64,000 nt of DNA from Candidatus Ozemobacteraceae bacterium. Lineage in GTDB: Bacteria; Muiribacteriota; Ozemobacteria; Ozemobacterales; Ozemobacteraceae. Shown one piece after another: positions 1 through 8,341 of this stretch. Position numbers and translations under genes: made by a program. The notes below the pieces were generated by a model. It ran no database searches and was not told the origin of the DNA. It saw nothing but the letters and a program-made list of their open reading frames with translations. The stretch is taken from the NCBI GenBank assembly GCA_036567845.1, contig DATCTT010000187.1:385-64384 (forward strand). The letters run 5' to 3'. How positions within the stretch are numbered: the first letter of the stretch is position 1; every line of letters begins with the position of its first letter.

Positions 1-1518
1 GGCCGGCTCGACGAGATCGGGGCTGCCCAGATCCTCGGATTCGGCGATGCCGCCCTTCCGGAAGATCGAGCAGATGCGCGCATGGGCATACTGCAGATAC
101 GGCGCGGTGTTGCCCTGCAGGGCCAGCATGCGGTCGAACGAGAACACATAATCGTTGTTCCGGTTCTGGCTCAGGTCGGCATACTTGATCGCGCCGATAC
201 CGACGGCTTTCGCGACGCGGCGCTTCGTCTCCTCGGCCAGGTCGGCGTTCTTCTCGCAGACCACCGCGTAGGCCCGTTCGACCGCCTCGGCCAGCAGATC
301 AGAGAGTTTGACGTTCTCGCCGGTGCGGGTCTTGAGCGGCTTGTTGTCCTCGCCCAGAACGCTGCCGAACGGCACATGCTCGAACTTCACGGCGCTCCCG
401 TCGGTCCGCGAGGTCCAGCCGCACACCGCCGCCACGTCGAACACCTGGGCGAAATGCAGGGCCTGGCGGGCATCGGTGACGTAGATCACACGGTCGGCCC
501 CCAGCTCCTCGACCCGGTACCGGATGGCGGCCAGATCGAACGTCTCGTAGTTGAAACCCCCGTCGGACTTCTGGATGATGACAGGCAGCGGGCTTCCGTC
601 CTTGGCTTTGAAATGCTCGAGAAACACGCACTGGGCGCCCTGCGACTCGACCAGCTTGCCGCGCCCGCGGACGGCCTCGACGGTTGCCGCAAGCCGGTCG
701 CGGTAGAAGCTCTCGCCCCGCTCGTGCTCGGGAGCCAGCTTCACCCGCAGCTCGTCGTAGATGCGATACACCTCGGCCATCGAGACCCGGGTCACGGTGT
801 GCCAGTCGGTGACGAGGCCGGCATCCCCGTTCTGGAGCTTCACGAGAATCTCGTGACAGGCGGAAGCGGCGGCCGGGTCTTCCTTGCAGGCGGCGCTCGC
901 CTCGCGGTACAGGCTTTCAAGGCGCGCCAGGGTCAGCTCGGTCTCGACGGCCACGCCCCGCGCTTCCAGATCGCGCAGCACCGGGCAGGCTTTCCACAGC
1001 ACCATGGCGATCGGCAGGCCCCAGTCACCGAGATGGTTCTGGCGGATGACGGTTTCGCCGCGGGCTTCGAGCACGCGGGACAGGACGTCGCCGATGATTG
1101 TCGAGCGCAGATGGCCGACATGCATTTGCTTTGCTATATTTACACTGGAATAATCGACCACCACGGTCTGGGGTTTGTCCTCGCGGCGCAACCCGAGATC
1201 GTCGCGGCGGGCGGTTTCCTCCAGAATGCGGCTGATGACCGGGGTGTTCACGAACAGGTTCACGAAGCCGGGCGGGGCGACCTCGACCCGGGCGAACCAC
1301 GCGGTCTCGGTGCGCAGGATTCCCGCGATCTCTTCGGCGAGCTCGAGGGGCCGCTTCTTTGCGGGTTTGGCCAGCCGCATCGCCGTGTTCAGGGCGAAAT
1401 CCCCCTTGTTCCGGTCGGGCGGCGTCTGAAGCTCGAACACGCCGGCCGGGTCGACGCCATACCGGCGCACGGTTTCCGTCAGTTTCGACGAGATCAGGGC
1501 GAGCAGGTGTTTTTTCAC
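1..1518 (-). CDS. argS: Arginine--tRNA ligase ArgS. 3' end of gene lies beyond window start; GTG start at 1518
   Basis: Minus-strand translation reads MKKHLLALISSKLTETVRRYGVD...HVGHLRS..., a class-I aaRS HVGH signature with ArgS-like N-terminus. The ORF is open to the window edge, so it is absent from the ORF track. AGGAG RBS at 1524-1530. Confidence 0.85.
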   Translation of the reverse strand, partial: MKKHLLALISSKLTETVRRYGVDPAGVFELQTPPDRNKGDFALNTAMRLAKPAKKRPLELAEEIAGILRTETAWFARVEVAPPGFVNLFVNTPVISRILEETARRDDLGLRREDKPQTVVVDYSSVNIAKQMHVGHLRSTIIGDVLSRVLEARGETVIRQNHLGDWGLPIAMVLWKACPVLRDLEARGVAVETELTLARLESLYREASAACKEDPAAASACHEILVKLQNGDAGLVTDWHTVTRVSMAEVYRIYDELRVKLAPEHERGESFYRDRLAATVEAVRGRGKLVESQGAQCVFLEHFKAKDGSPLPVIIQKSDGGFNYETFDLAAIRYRVEELGADRVIYVTDARQALHFAQVFDVAAVCGWTSRTDGSAVKFEHVPFGSVLGEDNKPLKTRTGENVKLSDLLAEAVERAYAVVCEKNADLAEETKRRVAKAVGIGAIKYADLSQNRNNDYVFSFDRMLALQGNTAPYLQYAHARICSIFRKGGIAESEDLGSPDLVEPA

Positions 1519-1536
1519 GGACGGTCTCCTGTGGGT

Positions 1537-2643
1537 TCAGGCTTTGGCGCGCATGATCAGCCACACGCCGATGCTGCCGATGATGAAGTTCGGCAGCCAG
1601 ACGCCCAGGAAGGGCGACACGTAGCCCCCGGTCGCGAACGCTTTCCCGGCGGCGAAAAAGACGTAGTACAGGAAAATGATGACGACCGACATGCCGATGC
1701 CGATGCTGGTGCCGGACCGGTTGGTCTGCGTTCCGAGCGGGGCGCCGAGCAGGACGAAGATCAGCGCCGCGAACGGGATCGAGGTTTTCGTCCAGAACTC
1801 GATCCAGTTCTGTTTCAGGGCCTTGCCCGACAGGCCCTTCTTCTGCATCTCCTGGATGTAGCCGTAGAGCTCGCTGATGTTCATGCGGCGCGGGTCCTTG
1901 TTGTCGGGTACGTCGTCCGGGTTCACGTAGTGCGTGTCGATCGGGTAGTCGAGCGTGTCGAAGTAGGTGTAATGGTAATCGGCGCCGGAACTTCGGATGT
2001 CGGAGATCCGGCCATCCCAGAAGACGCATTTGCCGTCGTCGATGCGGGCTTTCGAGGCTTCGATCACGCGGGGGTAGTTTTTGGGCTGCCCCTCATACAT
2101 GATCACGCCGAACATGTCCCGTGAGTCCTTGTTGAACTCGCGCACGAAAAACTTGCGGCCGGGGCCTGCCTCGAAGAACCGGTTTGCCGCGATCTTGGGA
2201 AGCGGCCGTTTCAGCGTCACCTCGCGCCGGAACAGCTTGCTGAACTTGTCGTTTGCGACCGGCACCACCTTCTCATTGAACAGGAACGTGATTGCCGTGA
2301 TTGCCAGCCCTGACACGACGGCCGGCGCCGCGATGCGGGAAAAGCTGTACCCGCCCGCCTTCATTGCGATGACTTCGGAATCTGATGAGAGGCGGCCGAA
2401 CGCGACGAGCGTGCCGAGCAGAATGGCCATCGGAAAGCTGATCACGAGCGTCGGAGGCAGGTTATACACGAAGAAGAGGAAGACGACCGAGAAGGGAACT
2501 CCCTTGGAGAAGATCAGGTTGATCAGCTCCATCATCAGATCGATCAGCCAGATGGCAACGAAAAACGCCATTCCAAACAGGAACGGCTGCAGGAGCTCCG
2601 AAAGGATATACCGGTCGATGGTTTTGAACATGGGTCGCGGCAC
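1537..2643 (-). CDS. LPS export ABC permease, LptF/LptG (YjgP/YjgQ) family
   Basis: 368 aa, N-terminal FKTIDRYILSELL motif typical of LptF/G. Six predicted TM segments with a large periplasmic loop. Immediately upstream of argS on the same strand. Confidence 0.8.
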   Translation of the reverse strand: MPRPMFKTIDRYILSELLQPFLFGMAFFVAIWLIDLMMELINLIFSKGVPFSVVFLFFVYNLPPTLVISFPMAILLGTLVAFGRLSSDSEVIAMKAGGYSFSRIAAPAVVSGLAITAITFLFNEKVVPVANDKFSKLFRREVTLKRPLPKIAANRFFEAGPGRKFFVREFNKDSRDMFGVIMYEGQPKNYPRVIEASKARIDDGKCVFWDGRISDIRSSGADYHYTYFDTLDYPIDTHYVNPDDVPDNKDPRRMNISELYGYIQEMQKKGLSGKALKQNWIEFWTKTSIPFAALIFVLLGAPLGTQTNRSGTSIGIGMSVVIIFLYYVFFAAGKAFATGGYVSPFLGVWLPNFIIGSIGVWLIMRAKA

Positions 2644-2939
2644 ACTGTACCGTGCCCGCCCCCGGATTGCAACCCCGCTTCCTCGAGAGGAAAGATGGAA
2701 ACCACAGACGACGCAGATGGCGCAGATAAATTCCAGAAATTCCCCTTTTTATAAGGACTCCGGCGCATATTGCCAATCAGGTGGTCCAGACGTTCGTGCC
2801 TCCCGGTTTTTCATCGGCGTTCATCTGCCCTGCATCTGCGGATGCGTTCTTGAAGCCGAGGATCATTTCAACGGAGTATCTCGGTGGTGCGTCTCTCGTT
2901 GCCCACCTGAAAAGATCTCCGCGCCCTTTTCGGGGGGAG

Positions 2940-2950
2940 TGTGGTATAAT
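2940..2950 (+). promoter_or_regulatory. Extended -10 promoter (TGgTATAAT) for the J-like/TPR/CSD gene
   Basis: TGTGGTATAAT at 2940-2950, 23 nt upstream of ATG 2974. Weak -35, short leader. Confidence 0.45.
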
Positions 2951-2973
2951 CGCGGCGCACGACCCGCCATCAC

Positions 2974-4428
2974 ATGCAGAATTATTATCAACTCTTCGGT
3001 GTGCCGAATTTCGCCGGTCTGGATGAGATCCAGAAGGCGTATAACCGCATGTACGCCGAACTGTTCACAGGCGACAGCCCTCTTGCGAACATCCCGCGGC
3101 TGAAAGAGCTGAAGGATGCCTTCGACATGATGCTCGACCCTGCGCGGCGCGAAGAATACGACACTCGACTGCGTGAGTTCATCGAGCATCTCGAGAAACG
3201 CTTTGAAGAGGCGACGCGAGCCCTTTCCGAGGACCGGTACCAGGACTGCATCGATATTCTGAAAGAGTGCATCCGCGCGAATCCGCGGGAGCCGGACTTT
3301 TACGAGGCGATGGGGCTTGCCTGCCAGCTTTCGAAGAGGCTCGACGAGGCGGTCAAAGCGTTCCAGCAGGGATTGCAGATCGATCCGAAGAATCCCCAAT
3401 TCCACTGGTATCTCGGAGACCTGTTTCGCGGGCTGCATGACGACGAGAAGGCCGACACGCATTATCTCGACGCCGCGGAGGGGTTCAAAAAGATTCTCGA
3501 GGTCGACCCGCGCAATGCCCAGGCCCTCGAGCTGATGGCCGACACGTATTCCAAGATGAAGTGGTTCGAGGAGTCGCGTGATGTTTACATGCAGCTCGTC
3601 GAGCAGTATCCCTACAAGGCCGGCTATCATCGCGACCTGGGCGGCGTTCTCTATGAGCTGGACGAGCTCGAGGGAGCGGAAGAGCAGCTTCTCGAGGCTC
3701 TGCGCATCGAGGCCGATGACGCTTCGGCGCTGCTGTTCCTGGGCCTCGTCTACTACAAGCGCCGGTTGCTGACTCTGGCCGTTCAGACGCTCGAGGCATC
3801 GATCGATCGGAATCCCGACCAGCCCGAAACGGTGCAGCTCGTCGAGAAGATCCGGGAAGTCCAGGCCCAGATCGGCCGGACTGTCGAAGAGATCACCTAC
3901 CAGCCCGAGCCCGACGCCGTCGTCGAGGGACTGGTGAAATGGTATAACGTCGAGACGGGAATGGGCGTTCTGACCTGCCCGGAGTATCCCGAGGTTCTGC
4001 TGCATTATACGGCGCTTCAGCCGGCCGACCAGGAGACCCTTGCGAAGGGGGATGCCGTGCGGTTCGGCGTCGTGAAGGACAAGATCGGCCCCGTTGCCGT
4101 TCAGATCGAACGCCTGGGCTCGACCCCCGACTCGGATACCCTTCCCGGAACGATCGTCCGGTATGATCCCAAGCTCCGCATCGGGATCATCAAGACATTG
4201 GGCGAACGCGAAATCATGTTCCCCTTTGCTTCGCTTTCCCAGGATCTGATGGAAAACGTCGAGATTGGCCGCGAGGTGCTGTTCGAGACGAAAAGCGTGA
4301 TCGGCCTCTCCGACAAACCGATCGAACAGGCCATCAACATCCGGCCACGCAAAAAGAAGACCCCAGCGCCCGTGCAGCCGCCGGATGCTCCTCCAAAAGA
4401 TCCCAAAGGCACGAACGGCACTCCCTGA
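2974..4428 (+). CDS. Multidomain protein: degenerate J-like domain + TPR repeats + two cold-shock (CSD/S1-like) domains + Lys/Pro-rich tail
   Basis: N-terminus YYQLFGVPNFAGLDEIQKAYNRMY resembles a DnaJ J-domain helix II but lacks HPD. Central region has TPR-like repeats. C-terminal GLVKWYNVETGMGVL and GTIVRYDPKLRIGII resemble CspA-type CSD cores. Confidence 0.6.
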   Translation: MQNYYQLFGVPNFAGLDEIQKAYNRMYAELFTGDSPLANIPRLKELKDAFDMMLDPARREEYDTRLREFIEHLEKRFEEATRALSEDRYQDCIDILKECIRANPREPDFYEAMGLACQLSKRLDEAVKAFQQGLQIDPKNPQFHWYLGDLFRGLHDDEKADTHYLDAAEGFKKILEVDPRNAQALELMADTYSKMKWFEESRDVYMQLVEQYPYKAGYHRDLGGVLYELDELEGAEEQLLEALRIEADDASALLFLGLVYYKRRLLTLAVQTLEASIDRNPDQPETVQLVEKIREVQAQIGRTVEEITYQPEPDAVVEGLVKWYNVETGMGVLTCPEYPEVLLHYTALQPADQETLAKGDAVRFGVVKDKIGPVAVQIERLGSTPDSDTLPGTIVRYDPKLRIGIIKTLGEREIMFPFASLSQDLMENVEIGREVLFETKSVIGLSDKPIEQAINIRPRKKKTPAPVQPPDAPPKDPKGTNGTP

Positions 4429-4564
4429 TCCGCGTCTTCAGCCTATTCCGCGCAATAAGATATAATATTATTTCGTATATTTGATGTGGGTGATTCGTTC
4501 GTCGTATAGGGGTGGGTTTCAACCCCGCGCCTGCAGCTGCGAACTCGCCGATCCCGACCGCGGC

Positions 4565-4610
4565 TTTGTGCCTTTGTGATTCGTTCTCTTTTGTGTCGTT
4601 GTGGTGAACG
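4565..4610. repeat. Degenerate T-rich copy of the octad-repeat arm (ctttgtg...ttgtgtcgttgtggtgaacg)
   Basis: Similar to the consensus right arm CTCTGTGTCTCTGTGGTTCG, in the convergent gap between the TPR gene and the ABC gene. Confidence 0.4.
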
Positions 4611-4622
4611 ATCTCCGGCTGG

Positions 4623-5353
4623 TCACTCCCGCGAGGTGAGGGCGAAGAACGCCTTTTCGAGCGAATTGTCATGCGGGCCGCACACCTCTTCCAGGGGGCC
4701 GGCGGCTCGCAGCGTCCCCTGATCGATGATCGCCGCGTGCGTCACCAGTTTTTCGACGACTTCGAGCACGTGGCTCGAGAACAGCACCGTCGAACCTTCC
4801 TCCGTCATGCGCACCAGCATCGAACGGCAATCCCGAACCGCCTGCGGATCGAGGCCATTGAACGGCTCATCCAGCAGCAGGACGGCGGGGCGGTGCAGGA
4901 CGATTCCTGCGAGCGCCAGCTTCTTCTTCATGCCAAAACTATAATTTACGGTATATTCGCCTGCGGCCGTTTCCAGGTCGAAGAAGCCCAGCAGCTCCCG
5001 GATGCGGGAGTCGCTCTCGGCGCCGGTGATGCCGCGCATGTCGGCGACGAACTCGAGAAACTGCCGGCCGGTCAAATAATCGTACAGGAACACCTCGTCG
5101 GGCAGATACCCGACCCGCGCCCGTACCTCGACGGACTGGCGCGCGACATCGAGGCCGTCGATGCGCGCCGATCCCGATGTAGGCTGGAGCAGGCCCATCA
5201 GCATGCGCAGGGTGGTCGTCTTCCCCGCCCCGTTCGGCCCGAGAAAGCCGAACATCGCTCCGCGCGGCACGTTCAGCGTCAGCCCTGCAACGGCCTGTTT
5301 ATCCCCGTAGCACTTCGTCAGCTGCTCGATCTCGATCATCGTTTCCGCCATGC
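4623..5353 (-). CDS. ABC transporter ATP-binding protein (ABC-2-type ATPase), no adjacent permease
   Basis: Walker A GPNGAGKTT, signature LSGGQ-like region, Walker B LLLDEP. Start placed at internal MAETMIEIEQL (5351-5353) with GAGG RBS, rather than the longer track ORF. Confidence 0.8.
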
Positions 5354-5444
5354 AAATCACCACCCGCCTCTTCCGTCCGCTTCCCCGAGAGAACATATCA
5401 GATACCAGGAACGCTTTACCACCGAGACACGAAAGAGACGAACC

Positions 5445-5546
5445 ACAGAGATGCTCCGTTGAAAAAATCAAGTATTTCAGGACCGAAGGCGAGGAAAACG
5501 CTCATCACAGAGCACACGATGAACACAGAGGTCTCACAGAGATTTC
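5445..5546. repeat. Octad-repeat element: arm fragment cgaaccacagag plus cluster catcacagagcacacgatgaacacagaggtctcacagag
   Basis: Tandem (R)CAC(A/G)GAG octads. Member of the repeat family seen at 8 or more loci in 5.4-14.7 kb. Confidence 0.6.
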
Positions 5547-5629
5547 TTTTCCCCCCATGAAGCCGTTTTCCATGGTGATGGCCCGAGACTTCTAGGGCGA
5601 CGAATGTTCAGAAGAGAACATACCCGATA

Positions 5630-5688
5630 CCGAGACACAGAGGTTGAAGAACAGTTCTTTCTCTGTGTCTCCGTGCCTCTGTGGTTCG
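5630..5688. repeat. Octad-repeat hairpin (gagacacagagg - 16-nt loop - tctctgtgtctccgtgcctctgtggttcg)
   Basis: Inverted CACAGAG/CTCTGTG arms. Right arm is identical in style to those at 12882-12912 and 14630-14660. Confidence 0.65.
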
Positions 5689-5695
5689 TCGGTGG

Positions 5696-6271
5696 TTATT
5701 TCATCCGCTCCTCGTGGCGGCGCTTGAGGGTGCGTGCGTAGGTGGCGAGCTCGGGAAACTCGTCGAATGCGGCGAATGTCGAGCCGTTGTCCCAGAAATC
5801 TCCCAGGGCCCGAAAGCCGGTGTGCTCGTATTCCGAGGCGGTGATCAGCATCTCGAGCTTGTCGATGGCGCGGACGAACCGCGCCTCGACCGACGCGTTC
5901 CCCTCGAACTCGGCGAACAGCTTCTGATAGCGCCCGCCGGCTTCTCCCAGCGGCGCCGTCATGTCCGAAACAGCCGCCTGCTCGGCCTCGGCTTTCTGTG
6001 TCCAGTATTTCAGAGCCGTGTAGGGGATGTCGCCCACCCGGCATTCGCCCAGCTCGTGAACCATCGCCAGCTCGAGCGCATGCGCCCGGTCGAGCCGGTG
6101 GCTGGTGACCTTGTCCGCCAGGAGCATCGTCAGCAGGGCGACCCCGAACGCGTGGTCGGCGATCGACTCGCAGTCCCGGATTCCGCGAAGCTGCCAGCCG
6201 GTCCGCCGGATTTTCTTGAGATTGAGAAAATCATGGAACAGGCCGTCGAGAGTGGTCAGATCGAAGCTCAT
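5696..6271 (-). CDS. HD-domain phosphohydrolase (YfbR-like 5'-deoxynucleotidase family)
   Basis: H..HD motif (HAFGVALL...VHELGE) and a YfbR-like layout. Start at internal MSFDLTTL (6271) with GGAGA RBS 7 nt upstream. Confidence 0.75.
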   Translation of the reverse strand: MSFDLTTLDGLFHDFLNLKKIRRTGWQLRGIRDCESIADHAFGVALLTMLLADKVTSHRLDRAHALELAMVHELGECRVGDIPYTALKYWTQKAEAEQAAVSDMTAPLGEAGGRYQKLFAEFEGNASVEARFVRAIDKLEMLITASEYEHTGFRALGDFWDNGSTFAAFDEFPELATYARTLKRRHEERMK

Positions 6272-6336
6272 GCATCGTCTCCGTCGTGAGTGTGATTGCG
6301 CGTCATGATACCCGCCAAAACGGGCCGGAGCAAACG

Positions 6337-6370
6337 CCGGAAAAAAAGAAGACCGGGGAGTGATCCCCGG
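6337..6370 (-). terminator. Intrinsic terminator/attenuator hairpin on the minus strand, inside the 5' leader of the HD gene
   Basis: On the minus strand: CCGGGGA-tcac-TCCCCGG followed by TCTTCTTTTTTTCC. There is no minus-strand CDS upstream of it, so it lies in the leader of the HD gene (start 6271). Confidence 0.45.
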
Positions 6371-6613
6371 CCCGAAAAATAAGGAGGCAAACAAAACCAT
6401 GATCCCTATCGCCCGGAAGTGAGGATTTCTTGAGAGTCACCTTCGCGACACCCACAGACATCCGCAAACATCCCCAAACACCGCCGCCATTTCCCAAAGA
6501 AAGACAGGCGCAGCGGTACCGAAAATTTTTCTCGGGAATTATCACGACGGATCCCCATTTCCTCTGGACGATGTCGTTTGTTTGATGGATTGCAGGCGTG
6601 CTATCTTGATTAC

Positions 6614-6859
6614 ATGCCTGTCGTTTTCAAATACGAAGGATACCGATTCTTCTTCTTTTCGAACGAAGGGAGCCCGCGTGAGCCTCTTCACATACATGTT
6701 CGGAGAGGGGATTGTCTTGCGAAGATTTGGCTGGATCCTGAGGTGAAGCTTGCAGAATCCTGGGGGTTCAGCCCAGCGGAGCAGAAATTGATCATGCTTC
6801 TCGCCGAAGAAAAACGCGAGATGATCAGGGGGTTTTGGAATGAATATTTCGCACATTGA
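6614..6859 (+). CDS. DUF4160 family protein
   Basis: MPVVFKYEGYRFFFFSNEGSPREPLHIHV is the canonical DUF4160 N-terminus. Confidence 0.7.
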   Translation: MPVVFKYEGYRFFFFSNEGSPREPLHIHVRRGDCLAKIWLDPEVKLAESWGFSPAEQKLIMLLAEEKREMIRGFWNEYFAH

Positions 6860-7112
6860 GCCTCTCGCGATCAACGTGGATTTCGATGAGAATGCCATGT
6901 GGGTGCAGCTTGCTGACGGCCGTCGCCTTGGTGTCCCGCTGGCGTTCTTTCCGCGGTTGTATACCGCCTCGCCCGACCAACTCAAAACGTGTGTCATTAG
7001 TGGCGGCGGTAGAGGATTGCACTGGGAGGCTCTGGATGAAGACATCTCGGTGCGAGGTCTTCTTCTGGGCCTCGGCGACCAGACCGTCGGCGATATGCGG
7101 AAGACAGGTTGA
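6840..7112 (+). CDS. DUF2442 family protein
   Basis: Small protein following DUF4160 with a 20-nt overlap, the usual DUF4160/DUF2442 gene pair. Confidence 0.65.
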   Translation: MNISHIEPLAINVDFDENAMWVQLADGRRLGVPLAFFPRLYTASPDQLKTCVISGGGRGLHWEALDEDISVRGLLLGLGDQTVGDMRKTG

Positions 7113-7981
7113 AACATTCTCGGGTGGAGCATCTCAGAGTCATTCATGATCGTGCCCTTTCATCGGCGGAAAACATGGCATGTGATGAAGTGCTGGGGCG
7201 GTCGATGCTGATTCGGGGCGGGGCGGCGTTTGCCCGGTTTTACCGATGGAGCCCGCCGACGTTGTCGTTCGGCTTTTTTCAGCCTGTCGAGCGATTGATC
7301 GACCCGGCCGCCGCTGCTACCGCCGGGATCGGTCTGGTGCGTCGCTCGTCCGGCGGGAAGATGGTGTTCCATGCCGACGAGATCACGTTCGCGATCGGGA
7401 TGCCCCTGCGGCTGCTCCGGGGTGACGCTCCGGGAAGCTCGGACTTTCTCACCTGTTTCCGGGCCGTCATGCAGCCTCTCGTCGATGCCCTGAGCGCGGC
7501 GGGGGTGCCGGCCCGATTCTCTGCGGATCACGAGATCGAGTCGGGACGGTCAGACCGTATCCATTGCTACGCGGCGGCAGCGGGCCACTCCGTCTATGCG
7601 GGGCCGAAAAAACTCGTGGGGGCAGCCGGCATCGTGAAAGGGGAGATTCTCACGGTTCATGGTTCCCTGCCGATCACGCGCACCCCGCTGCCCGGTACGC
7701 TGTTTCTCGGGCCGGCACGGTCGGCTGTCCTGCCCGATATCGCGGTGCTGACCGATTTCATCGGGGCCGAAGAGATCGGCATGCTTCCGGGGCAGATCGC
7801 CGGGTGTCTTGCTGAGCGGTTCAACCTCGTGACGGCCGAATCGGAATACGAGCCGGTCGAAAGCCGGGAAATCGAGATCCTGAGCCGTGAAAAATACGCC
7901 CGCCTCGACTGGAAATCCCTCCCATCCGCAACCTGGGAAGAATCCCTGGCTTCCGCAGATCTTCAGGACGCCCACGCATAG
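7109..7981 (+). CDS. Biotin/lipoate protein ligase family (LplA/LipB-like, BPL_LplA_LipB domain)
   Basis: N-terminal ...NMACDEVLG...ARFYRWSPPTLSFG resembles the BPL/LplA catalytic-domain opening. ATGA overlap with DUF2442, suggesting one operon. Confidence 0.5.
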   Translation: MKHSRVEHLRVIHDRALSSAENMACDEVLGRSMLIRGGAAFARFYRWSPPTLSFGFFQPVERLIDPAAAATAGIGLVRRSSGGKMVFHADEITFAIGMPLRLLRGDAPGSSDFLTCFRAVMQPLVDALSAAGVPARFSADHEIESGRSDRIHCYAAAAGHSVYAGPKKLVGAAGIVKGEILTVHGSLPITRTPLPGTLFLGPARSAVLPDIAVLTDFIGAEEIGMLPGQIAGCLAERFNLVTAESEYEPVESREIEILSREKYARLDWKSLPSATWEESLASADLQDAHA

Positions 7982-8123
7982 CCCAAAAGCACATCCGCAG
8001 ATGTCGCAGATGACACAGATTCCTTTATAGAAAAAACTTCGAAGGATGTCCGTGGATTCCGATCATCGCGAATCATTCTCCTCGTTTCCTGTATATCCGC
8101 GATCACGGATGTGGTGTGATACC

Positions 8124-8148
8124 CCGGGCGGGTTTGAAACCCGCCCCT
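8124..8148 (+). other. Perfect GC hairpin (gggcgggttt-ga-aacccgccc) downstream of the LplA-like gene
   Basis: 9-10 bp stem. A similar sequence (ggggtgggtttcaaccccgc) occurs at 4503-4525. Possible terminator/REP. Confidence 0.4.
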
Positions 8149-8211
8149 ACGTCCTCTCCGTGTTCGGTGGCTCTGGGAGGTGTGCCCTTCCGTGCCTTCA
8201 CGGTGAAAAAT

Positions 8212-8265
8212 CCTCTGTGCCTCTGTGATGCGTCTCCTCCGTCTCTTGTGGTGAGATGTTCTTCT
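8212..8265. repeat. Solo octad-repeat arm (cctctgtgcctctgtgatgcg...ctcttgtggtgag)
   Basis: CTCTGTG octads in the right-arm orientation without a clear partner. Confidence 0.5.
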
Positions 8266-8341
8266 CTGGGAGGTTGCAAACCGGGGACGGTTTGATTATC
8301 TTTCCTTGATTGTGCTGGAGACGACACAAAAGCCGAATGTC

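Noticed and set aside
82-2124. 680-aa plus-strand ORF
   Set aside because: Antisense to argS and the LptF/G gene. Low-complexity Arg/Gly/Ala-rich translation typical of high-GC antisense frames. The minus-strand frames carry clear ArgS and LptF motifs.
4500-4530. Possible tRNA-like T-arm (gggtttcaacccc)
   Set aside because: No acceptor, D or anticodon arm structure. More likely a GC hairpin related to the one at 8124-8148.
6303-6545. 80-aa minus-strand ORF upstream of the HD gene
   Set aside because: Spans the intrinsic terminator hairpin. Cys/Gly-rich junk translation.
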